Source: Candidatus Omnitrophota bacterium (GTDB taxonomy: Bacteria; Omnitrophota; Omnitrophia; Omnitrophales; Aquincolibacteriaceae). Taken from it: DNA of 64,000 bases. Within the stretch, counting starts at the first letter, position 1, and each line of letters starts with the position of its first letter. Below are positions 33,119-41,880 of the stretch, piece by piece. The stretch lies in assembly GCA_903856085.1 (NCBI GenBank), contig CAIOAT010000044.1:25402-89401 (forward strand), in the 5' to 3' direction. Both the position numbers and the translations under genes were made by a program. Under the pieces are notes generated by a model. The model had not been told where the DNA came from and did not search any database. It worked only from the letters and a program-made list of their open reading frames with translations.

Positions 33119-33622
33119 ATGGCTCAACTCTCCTCATTCGATATCGTTTCACAGATTGATCTTCAGGAAGTCGACAACGCAGTCAATCAGGCGAAGAAAG
33201 AGCTCCAGACCCGTTTCGATTTCAAAGGAAGTCAAAGTTCTGTGGAATTCCTTAAGGATGAGAAAGAGAAAAAAATACGGTTGATCGCGGATGACGATAT
33301 GAAGTTGCGGAATCTGCAGGATATTCTCAAGACGAGAATGGCTAGCCGGAAAATTTCTCAGAAGGCGCTCGATTTTAAAACCGCGGAGAAGGCCTTCGAC
33401 GGTTGTCTCCGGCAGGAAGTGACTCTCGCTCAGGGAATTTCCCAGGAGAAGGCCAAGGAAATCGTGAAGATCATCAAGGACCTTCCTGTGAAGGTTCAGG
33501 CGGCCATTCAGGGGGACGAAATCCGGGTCTCCTCAAAGAATAAAGATGATCTTCAGTTCGTGATCCAGCACCTGCGGACCGCACCCCTGACCCTGCCAAT
33601 TCAGTTTGTGAATTTTCGATAA
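33119..33622 (+). CDS. yajQ: YajQ family nucleotide/c-di-GMP-binding protein
   Basis: SFDIVS, EVDNAVNQ, RFDFKG, KVQAAIQGD and QFVNFR motifs. Confidence 0.96.
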   Translation: MAQLSSFDIVSQIDLQEVDNAVNQAKKELQTRFDFKGSQSSVEFLKDEKEKKIRLIADDDMKLRNLQDILKTRMASRKISQKALDFKTAEKAFDGCLRQEVTLAQGISQEKAKEIVKIIKDLPVKVQAAIQGDEIRVSSKNKDDLQFVIQHLRTAPLTLPIQFVNFR

Positions 33623-33739
33623 CCATTTTATCTATAATGGGTTACAACGTTTTATAGGTTGTTCCCCATCGGCTTTGTCAGTGGGTGGATTTCAGAGCAC
33701 CAGAAGGTCGTTTTTCGACAAAAAAATCACCTCGCTCCC

Positions 33740-33768
33740 TTGTAAAATCCAAAACCATGTGCTACTTT
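33740..33768 (+). promoter_or_regulatory. Putative sigma70 promoter
   Basis: TTGTAA-17 bp-TACTTT with a TGn extended -10, upstream of the second PilZ gene. Confidence 0.45.
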
Positions 33769-33884
33769 TCCCTTGTCTGACGATGTTTTAAATTAATTAA
33801 ACCCATAAAAAAGTCGATACATAACCAACGGAAAGTCTGGCTTTTTCCGGTAATGGCGAATGCGAAAAAATAAAGGAGGAAGCG

Positions 33885-34274
33885 ATGGAAAGAGATAAGC
33901 GCAAGTTCAAGCGCTTTGACGCGTACATGAGCGTGAAGTTCACCGGAACCGAAGCGACGTCTGTTAAAGGAATCGGGTTGAGCCGGGATCTTTGCCGCGA
34001 AGGGTTGCAAATCAATTCAGACAAGTCGCTTCAGGAAGGGACTCCATTGGATTTGGAGATCACAATCCCGGATGATCCGAAGCCTATTTTCAGCTCTGGG
34101 TTGGTTATGTGGTCAAGGCCTTCCGAGGGAACGGACCAGGGCTATGACCAGGGAGTTCGGCTGCTGAACATGGATCCGGTCGATAAATTCCGCGTCCTGG
34201 ATTATGCGTACAATCACTGGCTTGAAACTAAGGTCAATGACTACGCGGATCCCGAAAGCGTTCAGGAGTGGTAA
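33885..34274 (+). CDS. PilZ domain protein
   Basis: RKFKR and DLCREG motifs; strong AAGGAGG RBS. Confidence 0.85.
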   Translation: MERDKRKFKRFDAYMSVKFTGTEATSVKGIGLSRDLCREGLQINSDKSLQEGTPLDLEITIPDDPKPIFSSGLVMWSRPSEGTDQGYDQGVRLLNMDPVDKFRVLDYAYNHWLETKVNDYADPESVQEW

Positions 34275-34369
34275 GACAGGACTCTTGAGGGCGTTTTTTC
34301 TTAGTTTCCTTTCCCTCTGTCTGAGACAGTCTTTTGGTATTTTACGGTTTAAAAGTTCTGCAGCTTCAG

Positions 34370-34388
34370 GGGGCGCCTCCGGCGCCCC
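34370..34388. terminator. GC-rich hairpin, possible terminator or processing stem
   Basis: GGGGCGCC-TCC-GGCGCCCC; weak U-tract. Confidence 0.35.
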
Positions 34389-34514
34389 TTGCTTATTTCC
34401 GTGCCTGAGGTTTATTCCCTGACGGGTCACAAGGATTGCCCCAATCTCTGCTTTGCTTCGATTGATGGGTATTGGGACTGTAAGGTGAATTGTCTTTCCT
34501 GCCGATAATCCGCC

Positions 34515-36548
34515 ATGATGAATTTTTTCTCTTTTTGGAAAAAAATAAAGCCTGAGGTGAAAGAAGGGTATCTCGCGGAATCGATATCTCTTTTTTCATC
34601 CCTAACGTCGGACGAACAAACCCTGATCGAGCAGCATTCTCGATTGGTGGGGTTTAAACGTGGCGACATCGTTTATGAAGAGGGGGCGGTGCCCGACGCC
34701 TTCTATATTATTATTTCGGGGCGCTTTCGCCTTTTCACCCGCGCTCGCGGTCCAGAAAAGGAGTCTACGCTTCTTTTTTTCTATCGCGGAGAGCATTTTG
34801 GCGAAACCTCTCTTTTGACCGGTAGCGTTCATAGCGCGTCGGTAGAGGCTAAGACGGATGCCGTGGCGCTCAAGATCAGCGCCGAAAGTTTTCAGCAGCT
34901 TCTTCAGAAGATTCCGGCACTGGCGCTTCATCTAAGTCGCTCTCTTGGGCGGCATCTGACCCGGGAAGAGTTGGGGTACAGTCATCACCGGCGTGAGGTC
35001 CGCATTGCGGCTTTCTATTTTGCGGCTTCCACCGAGGGGATGGCGTGCTTCCTCATGGATTTCATCAAGACCTTACGGCGTGAGACCCAAAGTAAGGTGT
35101 TGCTTCTGGACCTCTCGGGAAAATTAAAGAATCTTCTTCCGGCGGAGTTCCGCCGTGGCGATGCTTCTGGATTCGATCTTAAAACAATGGATCCGTCCAA
35201 TGAATTATCGATTCAAAGGTCCATTCTGGCCCATGAAACTAGCTTTGATCTCCTGTCTTTTGCAGTGAATGCGGCCTTGGACGAGGATGAAAAGAAATTC
35301 ACGACACTCCTGACCTATTTGACCTACCGTTATGACTATCTCGTGCTCTGTCTGCCGGACCGCAATACCCCCGTCGCCGTTAAGGCCCTCAATTACTCAG
35401 ATCGTGTTTATCTTTGGGCGGAAAAAAGAACGGATGTTTTTACATTTGCTTCTAAAAAAGCAGGAGAGCTCTGTCAGGACTTCGGCTTTAGCAAAAACGA
35501 GATCAAGATCATCATGCCATCCCAGGAGGGGAAGGCTTTTTCTGCGGACGGTCTGGGTGTAGCTGCGGAGATACAGCTCTTTTCCACGCTTCCATCGCTT
35601 CAATATCAGCGGTATCAGTACGAAAAGACCATGACCTTTTTGGCGAAGGAATGGTCGGAACGGTTGGTGGGGTTGGTCTTGGGCAGTGGCGCCGCGTACG
35701 GTCTTTCGCACATTGGGGTGCTTCGGGTTCTGGAACAAGAGAAGATCCCCGTGGACGTTCTCGCGGGCTCTAGTATCGGAGCTCTTATCGGTACGCTATG
35801 GGCTGCCGGTTATGATTCGCATGAGATAGAAAAGATCGCTAAATCTCTGCACAAGAAGAATGCGTTCTTCAAGCTGCTGGGATTTCGGGACATTTCGGCG
35901 ATCCACCGCGGATTTTTTAAGGGCAATCAGATCACTCAATTTCTGTCTGCGTATTTGAAAGATATGACCTTCTTGGATCTTAAGGTTCCAGTCAAGGTAG
36001 TGGCCACGGACCTTTTAACCTCAGAAGAGGTGGTGTTAGACTCCGGGAGTGTGCTCAACGCGGTCCGCGCATCGATCTCGATTCCAGGTTTTCTGCGTCC
36101 TTATCCTTATAAGGGAAGTTATCTGATCGACGGCGGAATCGTGGATCCTTTGCCGGTGAAAATCCTTTCTAATATGGGCGTTCGCAAGATCATTGCGGTC
36201 AATGTCCTGCCGGCTCCCAAAGATCTGATCGAGCGAAATGAGCTGCGGCGCAAGGCTTTTCACCAGGGGTTCCAGCGGCGGGGCTATTGGCAACGAATCG
36301 TGATGAAGACTCTGGACCGCGTCCAGCGGCGCTATACCGCCAACATCTTTAACGTCATGATGAATTCCATCATGTTTACCGAATTCGAGATCGCGCGCAT
36401 GGCAGGAAGTGAAGCCGATGTTTTTATCCACGCGGCTGTCCCCGATGCTCACTGGATCGAATTTTTTTCAGCGGACAAATTTATCGATGAAGGCGTGAAG
36501 AAGACTCGTGAACAGCTGGCGGACATACGCCAGCTTCTGCTAGAATAA
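34515..36548 (+). CDS. cNMP-binding domain / patatin-like phospholipase
   Basis: N-terminal cNMP domain (FGE), central degenerate MinD/ParA-like region, patatin motifs GSGAAYG, GSSIG and DGG. Confidence 0.88.
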   Translation: MMNFFSFWKKIKPEVKEGYLAESISLFSSLTSDEQTLIEQHSRLVGFKRGDIVYEEGAVPDAFYIIISGRFRLFTRARGPEKESTLLFFYRGEHFGETSLLTGSVHSASVEAKTDAVALKISAESFQQLLQKIPALALHLSRSLGRHLTREELGYSHHRREVRIAAFYFAASTEGMACFLMDFIKTLRRETQSKVLLLDLSGKLKNLLPAEFRRGDASGFDLKTMDPSNELSIQRSILAHETSFDLLSFAVNAALDEDEKKFTTLLTYLTYRYDYLVLCLPDRNTPVAVKALNYSDRVYLWAEKRTDVFTFASKKAGELCQDFGFSKNEIKIIMPSQEGKAFSADGLGVAAEIQLFSTLPSLQYQRYQYEKTMTFLAKEWSERLVGLVLGSGAAYGLSHIGVLRVLEQEKIPVDVLAGSSIGALIGTLWAAGYDSHEIEKIAKSLHKKNAFFKLLGFRDISAIHRGFFKGNQITQFLSAYLKDMTFLDLKVPVKVVATDLLTSEEVVLDSGSVLNAVRASISIPGFLRPYPYKGSYLIDGGIVDPLPVKILSNMGVRKIIAVNVLPAPKDLIERNELRRKAFHQGFQRRGYWQRIVMKTLDRVQRRYTANIFNVMMNSIMFTEFEIARMAGSEADVFIHAAVPDAHWIEFFSADKFIDEGVKKTREQLADIRQLLLE

Positions 36549-36586
36549 GTCCTCAGAACTGTGTAACCTCAGCGGAGAATTCTTGA

Positions 36587-37774
36587 ATGAAAGAGATCGT
36601 CATCGCCGGTGCGGTCCGAACGGCTCAAGCGAAATTGGGCGGGGCTTTTAAGGATCTTACAAATCAAAAGCTTGGGGAGGTCATCCTTCGAGGGCTTTTG
36701 GAACGCACGCATCTGGATCCGAAAGCCGTGGACGAGGTTATATTTGGTTGCGTGGGACAGCAATCGGATGCCCATAATGTGGCTCGTGTCATTGCTTTGA
36801 TGGCTGGTATCCCGCAGTCGGTTCCAGCCTTTACCGTCAACAGGAATTGCGCTTCAGGGATGCAGGCGATTGTGAGTGCGGCCCAGATGATCCTGGCGGG
36901 GGATGCTGATCTGGTGGTGGCGGGCGGGGTCGAGGTGATGTCCTCGTTGCCATTCGTCAACCGTGATCTTCGATTTGGGAAAAAGCTTCGTGATTCCAAA
37001 ATGATTGATTCTCTTTGGGAAGGCCTCCGGGATCCTGTGTCTGGAATGATGATGGGAGAAACTGCGGAGGTTTTGGCTGAAGAATTCAAGATCAGTCGAG
37101 CAGCGCAAGATGAATTCGCGCTTGAATCGCACAAAAAAGCTGTTCAGGCCGTGCAATCCGGCAAGTTCAAGGCCGAGATCCTTCCGGTGATTTTGCCTCC
37201 GAGGTCTAAACGGGATAAAACTCAGGAGATCTTCATCGATGATGAAAGCCCCAATCCGGCATTGACCCTCCAAGAACTTCAAGGCTATTCGTCCGTTTTT
37301 AAAGAACAGGGGACTGTGACAGCCGGAAATTCGTGTCCTATTTCAGACGGTGCCGCCGCGGTACTGGTGACCCATCGGGGCAAGGCCGAAGAGCTTGGTT
37401 TGCAGGTCCTCGCGACGCTCCGGAGCTGGGCTTTTAGTGGAGTGGATCCTCGGCGCATGGGGATTGGTCCCGTGGATTCGACCCGGAAGGCGCTTCAAAA
37501 AGCAAAGCTTGTCATGAGGGATATCAATCTTGTGGAGATTAATGAGGCTTTTGCGGCGCAGTGTTGTGCGGTGGAAAGGGCGCTTGCGATTGACCGCTCA
37601 ATCGTCAATGTGAATGGCGGGGCGATCGCGTTGGGTCATCCTGTCGGTGCCACAGGGGTGAGGATTGTTGTGACCTTGCTTCATGAGATGAAAAGACGAA
37701 ATTCCTCCTTGGGACTGGTCTCTCTTTGTATTGGCGGCGGACAGGGTGGTAGCATGATCTTGGAGCGTCAGTAG
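36587..37774 (+). CDS. Acetyl-CoA C-acyltransferase (thiolase)
   Basis: NRNCASG, NEAFA, GHPVGATG and CIGGGQG motifs. Confidence 0.95.
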   Translation: MKEIVIAGAVRTAQAKLGGAFKDLTNQKLGEVILRGLLERTHLDPKAVDEVIFGCVGQQSDAHNVARVIALMAGIPQSVPAFTVNRNCASGMQAIVSAAQMILAGDADLVVAGGVEVMSSLPFVNRDLRFGKKLRDSKMIDSLWEGLRDPVSGMMMGETAEVLAEEFKISRAAQDEFALESHKKAVQAVQSGKFKAEILPVILPPRSKRDKTQEIFIDDESPNPALTLQELQGYSSVFKEQGTVTAGNSCPISDGAAAVLVTHRGKAEELGLQVLATLRSWAFSGVDPRRMGIGPVDSTRKALQKAKLVMRDINLVEINEAFAAQCCAVERALAIDRSIVNVNGGAIALGHPVGATGVRIVVTLLHEMKRRNSSLGLVSLCIGGGQGGSMILERQ

Positions 37775-37867
37775 GCCAAAAAAATAGTGCTTTAGTTTCA
37801 TAGGACGATATATAATAATACCCTGATTTTTTAAAACCACATTTGCACCTCCTGGGGGCTACTCGTT

Positions 37868-38707
37868 ATGAAAAAGAGTTTGGGTTTTGCATTTTTGATC
37901 TTAGCATTGATTCATTGCGGAGCTTCGGCGCCCCGCCAAGGGGGAACCGGCGATGTGGCGGGAACTCCTAAAAAGGCCGGAAGTAGTAAGGCGTCAGTTT
38001 CACCCCAAGGTTTTGCGGCAGATCAGATTATGAAATTCTTTGGTCGCAAGACCGGCAATGACCTCATGATCGAAAAAAAGAGCAAGAAGCAAGAAAATGC
38101 GACTGTGTCTTCAAAGGGTGTGGCAAACACGGCCAAGGGGTTTGACTTGCCGCCTAAACCCATGTCTCGGTATGCATCGAGCCCTACGAAAGCTACGGGG
38201 ATTGATGTGCCAGCGCCGGCTTTTCAACTCCCTTCGAAGCCTGTGCCTGGAAATGTTTCGGGTATCCTGAAAAGTCAAAAAAGAGTGGTGCCAGCACCTG
38301 TTTTTCAGATGCCGGCTAAGCCCGTGCCTGTGAATGTGCCGAGTGTTATGAAGGTGAAAAAAATCGTGATTCCGCCACCTCAGGCGATGGGTCCTTCGGT
38401 TGTGGCAATCCGCGAAGAGATCCAAAAGATCTTTAGCTTGAATAAGTCGATTAGCCAGATGAATGCAAAACGGGCTGCTCAAATCGCTAAGGCTCAGGGA
38501 AAAGCGAGTGTTCATGAAAAAATTCTGGATGTGAAAGGAGACACGCAGAAGCCGTCCGTTGGTCGAGGGATGCCTGGTAAAAGTGAACTTTTGGCGCAGG
38601 AAAAATTACGTAGCGCTCATGAAGAAATCCAGCGCAATGCTCAAATGACCGATGAGCTCAATGGAATTCCCACTGTCGCGGGCCCAGAACCAGAAAAAAA
38701 ATCATAG
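37868..38707 (+). CDS. Exported Lys/Pro-rich hypothetical protein with internal repeats
   Basis: Signal-like N-terminus; repeats FDLPPKP, PAPAFQLPSKPVP and PAPVFQMPAKPVP; C-terminal helical region. Confidence 0.7.
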   Translation: MKKSLGFAFLILALIHCGASAPRQGGTGDVAGTPKKAGSSKASVSPQGFAADQIMKFFGRKTGNDLMIEKKSKKQENATVSSKGVANTAKGFDLPPKPMSRYASSPTKATGIDVPAPAFQLPSKPVPGNVSGILKSQKRVVPAPVFQMPAKPVPVNVPSVMKVKKIVIPPPQAMGPSVVAIREEIQKIFSLNKSISQMNAKRAAQIAKAQGKASVHEKILDVKGDTQKPSVGRGMPGKSELLAQEKLRSAHEEIQRNAQMTDELNGIPTVAGPEPEKKS

Positions 38708-38731
38708 GCCACGCTTCCTGAGAGATGGCCC

Positions 38732-40603
38732 ATGGCCCTGAAGCGTTCTGGATTTCCGACAGATTGCGTCGAAGAAAATGGTAATCTAGTCCAGGTTTTC
38801 CGGGAACGTGCCCGTTTTTTTGGATCCAAGAAAGCCATTTTTTATAAGGTCCAAGGCGAATACGCCGGCTCGTACAGCTGGCAGGATTGGATGAAGATCG
38901 TCCGGGAAACCGCGATGGCTCTCCATTCGCTCGGCATACGTAAAGGCGACCATGTGGGGATTCTTTCGGAGAATAGTCCCGAATGGACTTTCGCCGATCT
39001 CGGGATTTTGAGCCTCGGCGCCGTGACTGTGCCCCTCTACCCTACCGCCTCTCTCGAGGACATTCGCTATATCATCGATCACGCCGATCTCAAGGCACTC
39101 TTCGTTTCTACGGAGGAACAATACCGCAAGATCGAAGGATTTAAATCAAAGTTTCTTCCGGCGGGCATTATCCTTTTTACTCCGGGTGGGGTGGGAGATG
39201 TTCCTGCCCTTGCAACGTTTCGAGAGATGGGGCGTTGCCATGATCTCAATCATGGCGATCTCTATGAGCAATGCGTTAGAAACGTTGGGCCAGATGATCT
39301 TGCGACTATTATTTATACCTCCGGCACGACTGGCGCTCCCAAGGGCGTGATGTTGACGCACCGGAATTTTATCGCGAATTATCAGGGCTCCTTCCAGCGT
39401 ATCCAGATCGACGACCGGGATTCCGTCCTGTCATTCCTTCCACTCAGCCACGTCTTTGAACGTCTGGCAGGCTATTATTATCAAGCTGCTTACGGAGTTT
39501 CGATCGCCTACGCCGAAAGTTTCATGACCGTTGCGGAAGATATCCGGAAGGTGAAACCAACTATTGTGGTAGCGGTGCCGAGGTTCTATGAAAAGACCTA
39601 TGCTCGGATCCTGGAAAAGGTCCAAAAGGCGCCTGTTTGGAAGCAGCGGCTTTTTTACTGGTCGGTTCGCATCGGGACAAAGACTGCGCAGATGAGGATG
39701 CGCGGGCATTCTGTTCCGATCTGGCTTGCTTTTTATAACTGGATCGCCAAGAGGGTCGTCTTTAACAAAATCAAACAAGCCATGGGCGGGCGCATCCGTT
39801 TTTTTATCTCGGGCGGCGCGCCGCTTTCCCGGGACCTGGCACGGTTCTTCTACGCGGCGGATATCATGATCTTGGAAGGCTATGGTCTGACAGAGACATC
39901 GCCTGTGATCGCGGTTAATGCCCTCGATGATTTCAGATTCGGAACTGTGGGAAAACCCATCGCCGGGATCCGTGTTAAGATCGCAGAAGATGGCGAAATT
40001 CTGACTCAAGGACCCTGCGTGATGAAAGGTTATTACAATAATCCTCAGGCGACAGCCGATTGCATTAAGGGAGGTTGGTTTCACACGGGAGATATTGGTC
40101 ACTTTGATGATGAAGGATTTCTGCATATCACGGATCGCAAAAAAGACATCATTGTTACTTCGGGAGGAAAGAACGTTTCCCCTCAAAATATTGAAGGGCG
40201 CATCCTCGGAGACAATCTCTTTTTTCAGGCCATTGTGCTAGGGGACAAACGGCCCTACCTTTGTGCCCTGCTTGTTCCCCATAAGCAGGAGATTCTCCGT
40301 TATGCCGAGCAACACCGCATCAGCGATCTCTCCTATGAGAAACTTCTGGAGCATTCTGGAATTCAGGCTTGGGTCCGTGAACGGCTTGAAAAACGCATGG
40401 AAGGTTTGGCGGGTTTTGAGACGGTGAGAGCTTTTATCCTCCTGCCGCAGGAGTTCACCCTGGCCTCAGGAGAAATGACGCCGACCCTGAAGATCAAGCG
40501 CCGCGTCGTGATGAAAGAGTATCAAAAGGCGATCGACGAACTTTACCGCAAGACCGACCATGAATGGGGGAAGCGGCAATCCTCCTCGGCAAGCGCATCG
40601 TGA
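38732..40603 (+). CDS. fadD: Long-chain fatty acid--CoA ligase
   Basis: YTSGTTGAPKG, EGYGLTE, GWFHTGD and DRKKD motifs. Confidence 0.92.
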   Translation: MALKRSGFPTDCVEENGNLVQVFRERARFFGSKKAIFYKVQGEYAGSYSWQDWMKIVRETAMALHSLGIRKGDHVGILSENSPEWTFADLGILSLGAVTVPLYPTASLEDIRYIIDHADLKALFVSTEEQYRKIEGFKSKFLPAGIILFTPGGVGDVPALATFREMGRCHDLNHGDLYEQCVRNVGPDDLATIIYTSGTTGAPKGVMLTHRNFIANYQGSFQRIQIDDRDSVLSFLPLSHVFERLAGYYYQAAYGVSIAYAESFMTVAEDIRKVKPTIVVAVPRFYEKTYARILEKVQKAPVWKQRLFYWSVRIGTKTAQMRMRGHSVPIWLAFYNWIAKRVVFNKIKQAMGGRIRFFISGGAPLSRDLARFFYAADIMILEGYGLTETSPVIAVNALDDFRFGTVGKPIAGIRVKIAEDGEILTQGPCVMKGYYNNPQATADCIKGGWFHTGDIGHFDDEGFLHITDRKKDIIVTSGGKNVSPQNIEGRILGDNLFFQAIVLGDKRPYLCALLVPHKQEILRYAEQHRISDLSYEKLLEHSGIQAWVRERLEKRMEGLAGFETVRAFILLPQEFTLASGEMTPTLKIKRRVVMKEYQKAIDELYRKTDHEWGKRQSSSASAS

Positions 40604-40616
40604 GAGCTCGCCCGTT

Positions 40617-41453
40617 ATGATTTCGAATTGGATCCAGAATTACTTTACAAGCCGGGATGGAACAAAGATCTTCTACCGTTTTTATCCGGTGTCCGGGGCG
40701 CGGCATACTGTGATCATGCTTCACGGTTACGGAGAGCATTCCGGACGTTATGAAAAGTTCCCAATCAGAATGGGGCGCCTTTCTGCGCAGTTTGCGGTGA
40801 TGGATCTTCGTGGCATGGGGAAGTCTGGAGGCCCGCGAGGCGATATCAGGTCTTTTGACGATTATTTGCAGGATGTCTCCGGGTTTGTGGAGCATCTCCG
40901 TGCAACCTATGCTATTCCCAAGAAGTTCATCTTGTTCGGACACAGTATGGGAGGCCTTGTCGCTGTGTATTGGGCCATGAAAAATCCGGAAGCCGTGAAG
41001 TTATTGATTCTTTCCGCGCCGTTCTTAGGACTCAAATTTTCGCGGTTCATTTCTCTGGTGAATCATCTCTTGCTTGCTTTCGCGCCTCGTTTTGTTTATC
41101 GCAATCCCGTGAGTTCTAAAGCGCTGAGTCATGACCCAGCCGAGATGGCGATCCATCGGAAGGATCCTCTGATCCTTCGTTATATCTCCGCCCGGTTGAT
41201 CGGAGAGATTTTCCGACGCACGGAAACGATGCGGACGCAGCCAATCCTTTCGATCCCATTTCCGGTCCATATGCTTGTGTCTGGGGAAGAGTACGTTGTA
41301 GATCCCAAGGCCTCCAGGCGTTTCTTTGATCGCCTTGTGGCGCCACGTAAAGACCGCACCTGTTTTGATGGTTTTTACCATGAGCTCTTTAACGAGAGGG
41401 AACAACAGAAGGCCTTCAATGTTTTGAAGACAATTATCGAAGATTGTGTATAA
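40617..41453 (+). CDS. Lysophospholipase / monoacylglycerol lipase (alpha/beta hydrolase)
   Basis: HGYGEHSGRY, DLRGMG, GHSMGG and HELFNE motifs. Confidence 0.9.
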   Translation: MISNWIQNYFTSRDGTKIFYRFYPVSGARHTVIMLHGYGEHSGRYEKFPIRMGRLSAQFAVMDLRGMGKSGGPRGDIRSFDDYLQDVSGFVEHLRATYAIPKKFILFGHSMGGLVAVYWAMKNPEAVKLLILSAPFLGLKFSRFISLVNHLLLAFAPRFVYRNPVSSKALSHDPAEMAIHRKDPLILRYISARLIGEIFRRTETMRTQPILSIPFPVHMLVSGEEYVVDPKASRRFFDRLVAPRKDRTCFDGFYHELFNEREQQKAFNVLKTIIEDCV

Positions 41454-41495
41454 TACCGCCCTGTTGCTTTGGATTTTCCCGCCTAATTTTGTTGT

Positions 41496-41568
41496 GGGCC
41501 TGTAGCTCAGCTGGTAGAGCGCTGCATTCGCATTGCAGAGGCCAGGAGTTCGACTCTCCTCAGGTCCA
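41496..41568 (+). tRNA. tRNA-Ala (anticodon CGC)
   Basis: Cloverleaf with GGGCCTG/CAGGTCC acceptor stem and G3:U70, CTGCA-TTCGCAT-TGCAG anticodon arm, TTCGA T-loop; CCA not encoded. Confidence 0.96.
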
Positions 41569-41797
41569 CTCTTTCCTTAATGCCTAAGAAGGACGAGTGC
41601 GCCGGTCCTCGTCATAATTTCTTGCCTTGATCGACTTGCGAGTACCGTCCCCATTTCAGACCTGCTGTAAAAGCTCATTTTTTGATAGAAAGAGCTTCTT
41701 TAAAGCCGGAGCTCTGTAAATAAAAAGCGACGCATTTTTTGCTGCAATTATTCACGTCCTTAGGCGGTCTGTTTAGGGATGCTTTTCCCCATAGCGC

Positions 41798-41826
41798 TTG
41801 TCAATACAGAGGGCGTGGGTTATCTT
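41798..41826 (+). promoter_or_regulatory. Putative sigma70 promoter of giant gene 1
   Basis: TTGTCA-17 bp-TATCTT; GAGG RBS near 41867. Confidence 0.5.
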
Positions 41827-41880
41827 TTATCAATACAAGCATTATAAAAGACTTAACCAATGAAGAGAGGATGACCCGTA

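Noticed and set aside
34275-34514. Possible ncRNA (6S-like or riboswitch) in the PilZ-patatin spacer
   Set aside because: Only one short hairpin is evident and no family consensus is recognisable; an Infernal/Rfam search would be needed
41569-41880. Prophage or integrative element at tRNA-Ala
   Set aside because: No integrase, phage gene or duplicated tRNA 3' end within the window
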